Part shown: one piece after another, positions 1 through 10,875 of the stretch | Layout: every line of letters starts with the position of its first letter | Position numbering within the stretch: position 1 is the first letter of the stretch | NCBI RefSeq assembly: GCF_036971445.1 | Contig: NC_091480.1 | Location: forward strand, 61,816,001 to 61,880,000 | Length of the DNA: 64,000 nt | Source of the DNA: Narcine bancroftii | Lineage: Eukaryota | Reading direction: 5' to 3' | Position numbers and translations under genes: made by a program | The notes under the pieces: generated by a model | Databases searched by the model: none | Told to the model about the DNA's origin: nothing | What the model saw: the letters and a program-made list of their open reading frames with translations, nothing else

Positions 1-3000
1 CTTACCAAAATGAAGCACCTCACACTTATCAGCATTAAATTCCATCTGCCATTTTTCAGCCCACTTTTCTAAGCAGCCCAAATCCCTCTGCAATCCTTGA
101 AAACCTTCTTCATTATCCACTATTCCACCTATCTTAGTATCGTCTGCATATTTACCAATCCAATTCACCACCCCATCATCTAGATCATTAATGTATATAA
201 CGAACAACAATGGGCCCAATACAGATCCTTGAGGCACACCACTGGTCACCGGCCTCCAACCTGACAGACAATTATCCACTACCACTCTCTGGCCTCTCCC
301 TTTCAGCCAATGTTCAATCCATTGGACTATCTTAAAATTTATACCTAAAGACTGCACCTTCCTAACTAACCTTCCATGTGGTACCTTATCGAAGGCCTTA
401 CTGAAGTCCATATAGACAACATCCACTGCACTACCCTCATCCTCATTCCTAGTCACCTCTTCAAAAAATTCAATCAGATTGGTCAAACATGACCTTCCTC
501 CCACAAATCCATGTTGAGTGCTCCTGATCAGACCCTGTCTATCCAGATGTTTATAAGTACTATCTCTAAGAATTTTCTCCATTAATTTACCTACCACAGA
601 CGTCAAACTTACAGGCCGATAGTTGCCAGGCTTCCTCCTTGAACCCTTTTTAAAGAACGGAACCACATGCGCAATGCGCCAATCCTCTGGCACTATCCCC
701 ATATCTAATGACATTTGGAAAATTACCGCCAGAGCCTCTGCTATTTCCTCCTTCACTTCTCTCAATGTCCTGGGGAAGATCCCGTCTGGTCCCGGAGACT
801 TATCCACCTTTATATTCTTCAAAAGCCTTAAAACTACACCTTTTGTAATCTCTATATTCCCCATATTTACCCAATTTGCTTTTTTTATCCCACATCTCCC
901 AATATCCTTCTCCTTAGTGAATACCGAAGAAAAGAAAATGTTCAATATCTCCCCCATTTCTCTAGGCTCCACACAGTTTTCCATTCTGATTTTCTAAGGG
1001 ACCAATTTTGTCTCTAGCTTTCCTCTTACCATTAACATATTTGTAGAACTCTTTTGGATTAGTTTTCACCCTGCTTGCCATAGTTTTCTCGTACCTTCTT
1101 TTAGCTTTCCTAATTCCTCTCTTAAGATTCCTCTTACATTCAATGTATCTTTCAAACATCTCCTTAACTCCATGCTTCTTATATCTAATGTACGCCTCCC
1201 TTTTTCTTCGAACCAAGTTTCCAATATTCCTTGAAAACCACGGCTCTCTCAAACCTTTTGCCCCTCCTTTTAACCTAACAGGAACATAAAGCTTTTGCAC
1301 TCTCAAAATCTGATCTTTAAAAGACTTCCATCTCTCTACTACATCCTGCCCATAAAACAAATTGTCCCAATGCACACCCTGCAAGTCCTTTCGCATCTCC
1401 TCAAATCTAGCTTTTCCCCAATCAAAAACCTCAATCCTTGGCCCTGATTTCTCTCTTTCCATAATGACATTGAAGCTGATGGCATTATGATCACTGGACC
1501 CGAAGTGCTCGCCAACACTAACCTCCGTCACTTGACCCATCCCATTTGCCAACAGTAGATCTAACACTGCTCCTTCTCTGGTCGGCACCTCTACATATTG
1601 TTGTAAAAAACTATCTTGCACACATTTCACAAACTCTAACCCATCCAGTCCTTTCACAGAATGTGTTTCCCAATCTATATGTGGAAAATTAAAATCTCCC
1701 ATAATTACAACCCTGTGCTTATCACAAATATCTACTATCTCCCTACAGATTTGCTCCTCTAGGTCTCGGTCCCCTCCGGGTGGTCTATAATACACCCCTA
1801 CAAGTGTAACCTCTCCTTTCCTACTCCTCAGTTCCACCCAAATAGCCTCCGTGGATGTGCCCTCTAATCTATCCTTCCTAGGCACCGCTGTAATATTTTC
1901 CCTGACAAGCAATGCAACCCCACCTCCTCTTGCCCCTCCGACTCTATCACACCTAAAACAACGAAACCCAGGGATATTCAGTTGCCAATCACATCCCTCC
2001 TGCAACCATGTCTCACTAATCGCTACCACATCATACTTCCAAGTATCAATCCATACCTTCAGCTCATCCACCTTTTTTACAATACTCCTGGCATTAAAAT
2101 ATATGAATTTCAGGGATTTCCCAATTTTTAATCCCTGTTTTCCCTCATCTTTAAGAACAACATTATTTACTTTTCCTGCCAATTGCCCTTCATCTTCTTC
2201 CAGAGCATTTCCCTTCTCTATCACCTGCCCATCCATATTCAAATACTTACTACAAACTTTCTTTGTTTGCATTCTAACCTTCTCCTTACTGCTCTGTACT
2301 ATTTTGTTTCCTCCCCCCAACCATTCTAGTTTAAAGGATCCTGAGTAGCCCTAGCAAATACCTCTGCCAGGATTCTGGTCCCCCTGGGATTTAAGTGTAA
2401 CCCATCCTTACTGTACAGGTCACATCTCCCCCAAAAAAGGTCCCAGTTATCCAGAAACTTAAAACCCTGCCCCTTACTCCACCCCTTCAGCCACGTGTTA
2501 ATCCTCCACCTCATTCTATTTCTATTCACACCGTCACGTGGCACAGGGAGTAATCCAGAGATTACCCCCTTTGCGGTCCTTCTTTTTAACTCCCTACCTA
2601 ACTGCCTGTACTCACTTTTTAGGACCTCTTCTCTAATTCTCCCTATGTCATTGGTACCTACATGTACCACGGCCTCTGGCTCCTGTCCCTCCCACTTTAG
2701 GATATCTGGGACACGAGCAGCAACATCTCGGACCCTGGCACCAGGGAGGCAAACCACCATCCGGTTCTCCTTGCTGCGTTCGCAGAATCCCCTATCTGTC
2801 CTCTTAACTATGGAGTCTCCTACCACAATTGCCCTCCTCTTCCTTTCCCTCCCTTTCTGAGCTACAGGGGCCGACCTCGTGCCGGAGGCACAGCCACTGT
2901 CACTCCCCCCAACCTTGATGTCCCCCTCAACAGTGCTCAAAGAGGCGTATTTATTGCTGAGGGTTATATTCACAGGGCTCGTCTCTGGCACCTTACGTTC

Positions 3001-3063
3001 TTTTGTCCCTCTCCTAACAGTTACCCACCTTTCATCCTCCCGTGGCCCTGGCGTGACCACCTG
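1..3063 (-). mobile_element. CR1-clade LINE, 5'-truncated, running off the left edge
   Basis: ORF1 2326-3060 is an SGNH/esterase-like domain (AIVVGDSIVK, VCLPGARVRD, HVGTND, DGLHLN). ORF2 from 2320 has an APE endonuclease (YFNARS, ISETWL, MGDFNFP, SDHNAI). After a frameshift near 975 RT motifs continue (DFSKAFDKVPH, GVPQGSVLGP, KYADD near 140). Confidence 0.95.
2326..3060 (-). CDS. CR1 ORF1, SGNH/GDSL esterase-like domain (N-terminally truncated)
   Basis: Open 244 aa with GDS, HVGTND and DGLH blocks typical of CR1 ORF1. Confidence 0.85.
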   Translation of the reverse strand: MVTPGPREDERWVTVRRGTKERKVPETSPVNITLSNKYASLSTVEGDIKVGGSDSGCASGTRSAPVAQKGRERKRRAIVVGDSIVKRTDRGFCERSKENRMVVCLPGARVRDVAARVPDILKWEGQEPEAVVHVGTNDIGRIREEVLKSEYRQLGRELKRRTAKGVISGLLPVPRDGVNRNRMRWRINTWLKGWSKGQGFKFLDNWDLFWGRCDLYSKDGLHLNPRGTRILAEVFARATQDPLN

Positions 3064-3414
3064 GTGAAGGTACTTCTGTTTCTCACAAGGACAAAGGCAG
3101 ATTCATGAATAAGGATAATGACATGATGGGACCCAGACAGGATACCCCATGGTCTTCCAAGTTTATAGAAACTGCACGTAGGCAGACAGAATTACCAAAT
3201 GCCAAACCAATCCAGGAGGCAGAAGAATGTTAAGGGGGGGGGGTGTTATCTCTACACTGAAATGAACTGTATAAAAGTTGGGTGAGCCCCAGTATGTGTG
3301 TGTATTCCCATGGTAAGGGGAAGCACCCCACTTTGCACTGTTGTACAATTAATGTTATTTGTTCTCAATTTTTGTCTCAAGCGAAATCTGTGAAGGTACT
3401 TCTGTTTCTCACAC

Positions 3415-4345
3415 TTGCCGATCCCACTTTGAATCATGGCTTCTATGTTACTGCATCGAGGTAGGGCCATACTTGGACCCAGTATGTCCTGTAGAAAAGA
3501 TCTTATTTGAAGATAGCAATGGAATGTTTTATTCAATAAAGTGTACTTGTTTTTAAGCTGCTCAAACGACATTAGTTGCCCTTGCTCATAATAGTCCTCT
3601 ATGCATCTGATGCCGTTATGACGCCAGATGTCCAGAATCCTGTTGCCCATTGTCAGTGGTATTAATTTATTAGGAGTCGGGGTGTTTTTGGTGACAGCTC
3701 CACTTTAGCCTTCAAATACTGGTTGACTTTGGCCCAGATACTAATCACTTGTTTTAATATGGGACTCCACTTCTTCCCAGTCAACAATTTGGTGTCCCAT
3801 CTATAAACAAAATCCTCTACTATCTTCTCACCCATCAGGTGCAGATCAATTTGTGCCCAAGATGGTACTGTAATGCGCGTCAAAAGAACCAAAGACTTGT
3901 TGATTCAAACCAAGGCTTTTATTAACTAAAAGACTGGAGCATATCACAAGTAGGTCGACCAGTCCAGAATGACCTGGTCTGGCTAGGAGCAATCCTTTAA
4001 GACCTGCCAGTAGGTGTGGCTACACTCTCAGCCAATCACAGTCATCCTACACTACTATCTGTACATATGTACATATACACAGGTGATAGAATCTATACTA
4101 TCATAGGTACACCTCCTCCCTGAAAAAGAGAGGCAATGTATCTCAATTGGGCTGCCCAATAATATTTTTTGAAATCCGGCAATTTCCATAGAGACCCTTG
4201 GTACCTTACCATTCCAAAGAAACCTTCTAACCATATGTAATAGCTGCTTGAAGAAACCCTGGGGCAACAGCACACGCAATGTTTGGAAAAGATATTGGAA
4301 TCTTGGCAACACATTCATTTTGGTGCAGTTGACCCTGCCCACCAG
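3415..4345 (-). mobile_element. Degenerate L1 ORF2 fragment (post-RT region)
   Basis: GRVNCTKMNVLPRFQYLFQ, LPDFKKYYWAAQLR and MSFEQLKNKY match the same region of the L1s elsewhere in the window; frameshifted and split by a solo LTR. Confidence 0.8.
3869..4105 (-). mobile_element. Solo LTR (237 bp) inserted in the L1 fragment
   Basis: 5-bp TSD GGTAC at 3864-3868 and 4106-4110; starts TG and ends ATCATA (likely mutated CA); AATAAA on the minus strand near 3920. L1 peptide GGGVP|SWAQID rejoins across it. Confidence 0.75.
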
Positions 4346-4379
4346 TGTGGACAGGCAGGGGCATCCACCTCTTTAAGTC

Positions 4380-4734
4380 CTCCTCGACTCTTCCCAGCAA
4401 GAGGGCGAGATAGTGAGGGTAGGCTGAGTGAGAAGTCTGAGGAAATGGGGGAAATTTTGAATGATTTCATTATAAATTTCAGCTTCTTGCCTCATTTGTT
4501 GATTCTTGATTTGAACTTCCCTATCCTCTAAAGCTTGTCTTTTTCTCCACTGTTGTTGTGTACAGACAGTAGCCAAGTCTGCTTGTGCCTTAGTGTTCAT
4601 AGTTGACATGCTTGAAGCATGTGAAGCTGTACTTGCTCTAGATACCTTTGAAGACTTTGAAGATCTTCCTGCACTTGTAAGCTTGGAAATACTAACATCT
4701 GGATTCACACCTGAACTTTCAGATACCACTGATT
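4380..4734 (-). mobile_element. Probable BEL/Pao gag-like remnant, continuing at ~16213-17036 and ~23418-23763 (possible LTR ~23500-23763)
   Basis: VNPDVSISKLTSAGRSSKSSKVSRASTASHASSMSTMNTKAQADLA followed by a coiled-coil resembles the Ser-rich N-terminus of fish BEL/Pao gag. The pieces become contiguous once the CR1 and L1 insertions are removed. Confidence 0.4.
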
Positions 4735-6956
4735 GACAATAGACAATAGGAGCTGGAGTAGGCCCTTCGACCCGTCGAGCCAGCACCACCATTTTACAGA
4801 TCATGGCTGATCACTACTATCAGTACCCCTTTCCAGCCTTATCCCCATAACCCTTAACTCCTTTGTCCACTAGAGTCTTATCTAACTCTCTTTTGAACAT
4901 AATCAGCGAATCTGCCTCTACCACCCTCCGTGGCAGAGCATTCCACAGATTCACACTTGTCTGGGTAAAAAAATGTTTTCTCATCTCCGTCCAAAAGGGC
5001 CTACCCTGTATTCTTAAACTATGCCCTCTAGTCCTCGTCTCCCCCATCATTGGGAACAAGTAATCCGACTTCACCCTGTCTATCCCCCTGATAATTTTGT
5101 ATACCTCAATCATGTCCCCCCTCATCCTTCTAAACTTCATCGGATACAAGTCATGTTTTTCTAGCCTTTCAGCATATGTCAACCCCGCCATCCCTGGAAC
5201 TAACCTTGTAAATCTGCGCTGCACACCCTCTATAGCTAGTATATCCTTCCTCAAAATGGGAGACCAAAACTGGACGCAATACTCCAGGTGGGGTCTCACC
5301 AGGGCCCTGTACAACTGCAGAAGGACGTCTCTGTTCCTATACTCCAATCCCCTCTTTATGAAAGCCAACATGCCATTTGCCTTCTTTCTTTTTTTTAAAT
5401 TTTTTATTTTTCACACCATAAACCACATTAACCATGATACATACTTTTTCCTTTTCAAATATATACAGTGCCATTTTCTCCCCCCCTCCCTCCTCCCATC
5501 CCACCCTCCCCACATCCCCACCTCCCCCCTCCCATCCATCCAAAGTACAAAATCTAGGACACATTAAACCAGTCAAACAATGTTGTCATTCAATAAAAAT
5601 AAACAAGAAATTCCACTGAGTCAATTCTTTTCATTTCCTTCTCCTTTCGTTAATTTAGGTAGTGAATGTCCCCGGTAGGTTTTCGCTATTGTGTTTCATG
5701 TAAGGCTCCCATATTTGTTCAAATATTTCAAAATTATTTCTTAAACTATATGTTATTTTTTCTAATGGAATACATTTATTCATTTCTATATACCATTGTT
5801 GTATTTTCAAATTATCTTCCAATTTCCAGGTTGACATAATATATTTTTTTGCTACAGCGAGAGCTATCTTAACAAATCTTTTTTGTGCATCCTCCAAATC
5901 AATTCCAAATTCTTTGTTTTTTATGTTACTTAGGAGGAAGATCTCTGGATTCTTTGGTATATTGTTTTCTGTTATTTTATTTAATATTTGGTTCAGATCT
6001 TCCCAAAATTTTTCTACTTTCTCACATGTCCAGATTGCATGAATTGTTGTTCCCATTTCTTTTTTACATTGAAAACATCTATCAGATACTGTTGGGTCCC
6101 ATTTATTTAACTTTTGAGGTGTAATGTATAGACTGTATATCCAGTTATATTGTATCATACGTAACCTCGTATTTATTGTATTTCACATCGTTCCAGAACA
6201 TAACTTCTCCCATGTTTCCTTTTTTATCTTTATATTTAAATCTTGTTCCCATTTTTGTTTAGTTTTACCATTTGTTTCCTCATTCTCCTTTTCTTGCAGT
6301 TTAATATACATATTTGTTATAAATCTTTTGATTAACATTGTATCTGTAATCACATATTCAAAGTTACTTCCCTCTGGTAAACTCAGACTGCTTCCTAATT
6401 CATCTTTCAAGTAGAATCTCAATTGGTAATATGCCAGCACTGTATCTTGAGTTATATTGTATTTATCTTTCATTTGTTCAAAGAATAATAATCTATTTCC
6501 TGAAAAACAATTTTCTATTCTTTTCATCCCTTTTTTCTCCCATTCTCTAAAGGAAAGGTTATCTATTGTAAAAGGGAGTAACTTGTTTTGCGTCAATATT
6601 AGTTTTGGTAATTGATAATTTGTTTTATTTCTTTCTACATGAATCTTCTTCCAAATATTGAGTAGATGATGTAATACTGGAGAACTTCTATGTTGTACCA
6701 ATTTTTCATCCCATTTATATAATATATGTTCAGGTATCTTCTCCCCTATTTTATCTAGTTCTAATCTAGTCCAATCTAGCTTTTCCCTTGTTTGATAAAA
6801 ATCTGATAGGTATCCTAATTATGCGGCTCTATAATAATTTTTAAAGTTTGGCAGTTGTAAGCCTCCTTGTTTATACCATTCTGTTCATTTATCTAGTGCT
6901 ATCCTCGGTTTCCCCCCTTTCCATAAAAATTTCCTTATTATTTTCTTTAACTCCTT

Positions 6957-9900
6957 TTTTTAAAAAAAATTTTTTTCACACCATAAATCACATTAGCCAT
7001 GATACACACTTTTTCCTTTTCACACATATACAGTGACATTTTCTCCCCCCCCCCCACTCCCTCCTCCCAACCCACCCCCCCCACCCCCCCTCCCATCTAT
7101 TTAAGGTATACAATCTAGGATACATTAAACCAGTCAGACAATGTTGTCACTCAACAAAAATACACCAGAAATTCTACTGAGTCCATTCTTTTCTTTCCTT
7201 CTCCTTCCATCAACTTAGGTAATGATTGTCCCCGGTAGGTTTTCGCTATTGTATTTAATGTAAGGCTCCCATATTTGTTCGAATATTTCAATATTATTTC
7301 TTAAACTATATGTTATTTTTTCTAATGGAATACATTTATTCATTTCTATATACCATTGTTGTATTTTCAAATTATCTTCCGATTTCCAGGTTGACTAAAT
7401 ATATTTTTTTGCTACAGCGAGAGCTATCTTAACAAATCTTTTTTGTGCATCCTCCAAATCAATTCCAAATTCTTTGTTTTTTATGTTTCTTAGGAGAAAG
7501 ATCTCTGGATTCTTTGGTATATTGTTTTCTGTTATTTTATTTAATATCTGATTGAGATCTTCCCAAAATTTTTCTACTTTCTCACATGTCCAGATTGCAT
7601 GAATTGTTGTTCCCATTTCTTTTTTACATCGAAAACATCTATCAGATACTGTTGGGTCCCATTTATTTAACTTTTGAGGTGTAATGTATAGTCTGTGTAT
7701 CCAGTTATATTGTATCATACGTAGCCTCGTATTTATTGTATTTCTCATCGTTCCAGAACATAATTTCTCCCATGTTTCCTTTTTTATCTTTATATTTAAA
7801 TCTTGTTCCCATTTTTGTTTAGTTTTACCATTTGTTTCCTCATTCTCCTTTTCTTGCAGTTTAATATACATATTTGTTATAAATCTTTTGATTATCATTG
7901 TATCTGTAATCACATATTCAAGGTTACTTGCCTCTGGCAAACTCAAACTGCTTCCTAATTTATCCTTCAAGTAGGATCTCAATTGGTAATATGCCAGCGC
8001 TGTATCTTGAGTTATATTGTACTGATCTTTCATTTGTTCAAGGGATGAGAATCTATTTCCTGAAAAACAATTTTCTATTCTTTTAATCCCTTTTTTTTCC
8101 CATTCTCTAAAGGAAAGGTTATCTATTGTAAAAGGGAGTAACTTGTTTTGCGTCAATATTAGTTTTGGTAATTGATAATTTGTTTTATTTCTTTCTACAT
8201 GAATCTTCTTCCAAATATTGAGGAGATGATGTAATATTGGAGAACTTCTATGTTGTACCAATTTTTCATCCCATTTATATAATATGTGTTCAGGTATATT
8301 TTCCCCTATTTTATCTAATTCTAATCTCGTCCAGTCTGGTTTTTCCCTTGTTTGATAAAAATCTGATAGGTATGTTAATTATGCGGCTCTATAATAATTT
8401 TTAGTTTGGCAGTTGTAAGCCTCCTTGTTTATACCATTCTGTTAATTTATCTAGTGCTATCCTCGGTTTCCACCCTCTCCATAAAAATTTCCTTATTATT
8501 TTCTTTAACTCCTTGAAGAATTTTTCTGTCAGTTGTATTGGCAATGCCTGAAATAAGTATAATATCCTTGGAAGAATGTTCATTTTAATACAGTTAAAAT
8601 TCAGGTTGAAATCCCCTCCTATTAATATGTTCCCTTGCGTATTTGCTACCTTCAAAAAGATATCTTGCATAAACTTTTGATCTTCTTCGTTAGGTGAATA
8701 TACATTGAGTAGATTCCAAAACTCCGAATATATCTGACATTTTATCATTACATATCTCCCTGCTGGATCTATTATTTCCTCTTCTATTTTAAATGGCACA
8801 TTTTTACTAATTAATATAGCCACTCCTCTTGCTTTTGAATTATACGATGCTGCTGTTACATGTCCTACCCAATCTCTCTTTAATTTCTTGTGCTCCAATT
8901 CAGTTAAGTGTGTTTCTTGCACAAATGCTATATCAATTTTTTCTTTTTTCAGTAAATTTAGCAGTTTCTTCCTTTTAATTTGGTTATGTATTCCATTAAT
9001 ATTTAAAGTCATATAGTTCAACGTAGCCATTTTATACTTTGTTTATCTTCCCTTTCCGTTTTTCCATCATTACCTTTCCTCCTTTTCCATTTCTGTTTTC
9101 TTATTTTAAACCCTTTATAAGACAACATTCCTAAAACATCAAATATTTTCCTTATTCTCCTATTTAAAACTTCTTTAGCCCCAATCTCCCCTTCCCCTCC
9201 TGAGTTGTCCTTTATCCCTTGTTGGACAACACATCTCCCCTCTCCATTTGGATTTGCGAATTCACTCGCAAGCGTCAGCTGATTTTGCAGTGACCGCAAC
9301 TCCTCCCCACCCAGCCCCCCCCCAGAAAAGATTTCACTTTTCATATGTAACAAAGGTCACTCTTTTAGTTCCCTCCTTATTCCCTCTATTCCATTTCCTT
9401 CCCTTATTAATTCTTGTCTATACTATCTATATTTTCCTCTAAATACGGATACATTCACGTATGCACATTATACATATACACACTTATACCTCTTTACCCA
9501 CATACATATAAATCGTAGTCATTTTTACTCTCAATACACGTCTTCATCCCTCAGTCTATTTTGTAATTGTTCTGCAAATTTTCGTGCTTCTTCTGGATCC
9601 GAGAATAGTCTGTTTTGTTGTCCTGGAATAAATATTTTCAATACCGCTGGATGCTTTAGTATAAATTTATACCCTTTCTTCCATAAAATCGCCTTTGCTG
9701 TATTGAACTCCTTTCTCTTCTTTAGGAGTTCAAAACTTATATCTGGATAAATGAAGATTTTTTGCCCTTTGTACTCCAGTGGCTTGTTGCCCTCTCTTAC
9801 TTTTTCCATTGTCTTCTCCAGTACCTTTTCTCTTGTAGTATATCTTAGGAATTTTACTAAAATAGATCTTGGCTTTTGTTGTGGTTGTGGTTTAAAGGCC

Positions 9901-10875
9901 AATGCTCTATGTGCCCTTTCTATTTCCATTTCTTGCTGTAGTTCTGGACATCCTAGGATCCTAGGGATCCAATCTTTTATAAACTCTCTCATATTCTTGC
10001 CTTCTTCATCTTCCTTAAGGCCCACTATCTTTATGTTATTTCTTCTGTTATAATTTTCCATTATATCTATTTTCTGAGCTAACAGTTCTTGTGTCTCTAT
10101 AACTTTTTTATTAGATTTCTCCAATTTCTTTTTTAAGTCCTCTACCTCCATTTCTACTGCTGCTTCCCGCTCTTCCATCTTGTCCATTTTCTTTCCCATT
10201 TCTGTTAAGGTCATATCTATTTTATTCATTTTCTCTTCTGTGTTGTTTATTCTTCTTCTTAAATCATTAAATTCCTGTGTTTGCCATTCTTTAAATGACT
10301 CCATGTATTCTTTAATAAGAGAAAGTATATCCTTTATCTTGCCTTTCCCTTCTTCTTCTATTTCACTGTACTCTTCCTCTTCCTCTGGGTTGGCCATCTG
10401 TTGTTTCTTTGTTGCCCTTTTCTTCTCTTCTTTCTTGTTTTCATTGTCTTCTGTGTTCTCTTCTTGCTGCAGGTGTTCTGCAGCTGTCGTTGCCGGCTGT
10501 GGAGATCGACTCCCCAGCTGATCACCCCTCCCGTCGGTGTGTTTTTTTTCATGCGCGGTTGCGCACTTTTACTCGGCTCAACGAGCCATTTTTGTAGTCC
10601 ACTTTCTACCGACCTGAGGGAGCGGGTTTCTCTCTCCACCGCGGGCCTCTTCGAACAGGTAAGGCCTTCTCCTTCTTCCTCCTTTGTCTTCTCTTCCTCT
10701 CTTCTTACCGTTAATTTCGATTTTTCTTTTTTTGTCGCCATCTTCTTTCCACCTTTATACTCACTTTTCTTTAACTTTTGTTTCTGTGCCTTTCTGTTTT
10801 CCTTTGTTTTTTCCGACTTTTCTGGAGAGGGCTGGAGTTCACCGTCCGGCCACTACTCCATCACGTGACTCCCCC
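6957..10875 (-). mobile_element. L1 copy B with ~2 kb internal deletion of the RT region, nested in copy A
   Basis: 15-bp TSD TTTCTTTAACTCCTT at 6942-6956 and 10876-10890; same 5' end as copy A. Intact ORF1 9531-10397; ORF2 reads GGDFNLNF|NCIKMNIL across the deletion at ~8597. Confidence 0.93.
9531..10397 (-). CDS. L1 ORF1p (coiled-coil + RRM + CTD), uninterrupted
   Basis: 288 aa open; heptad-rich N-half, RRNNIKIVGL, IERAHR, PRSILVKF, IFIYPDIS motifs. Confidence 0.85.
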   Translation of the reverse strand: MANPEEEEEYSEIEEEGKGKIKDILSLIKEYMESFKEWQTQEFNDLRRRINNTEEKMNKIDMTLTEMGKKMDKMEEREAAVEMEVEDLKKKLEKSNKKVIETQELLAQKIDIMENYNRRNNIKIVGLKEDEEGKNMREFIKDWIPRILGCPELQQEMEIERAHRALAFKPQPQQKPRSILVKFLRYTTREKVLEKTMEKVREGNKPLEYKGQKIFIYPDISFELLKKRKEFNTAKAILWKKGYKFILKHPAVLKIFIPGQQNRLFSDPEEARKFAEQLQNRLRDEDVY

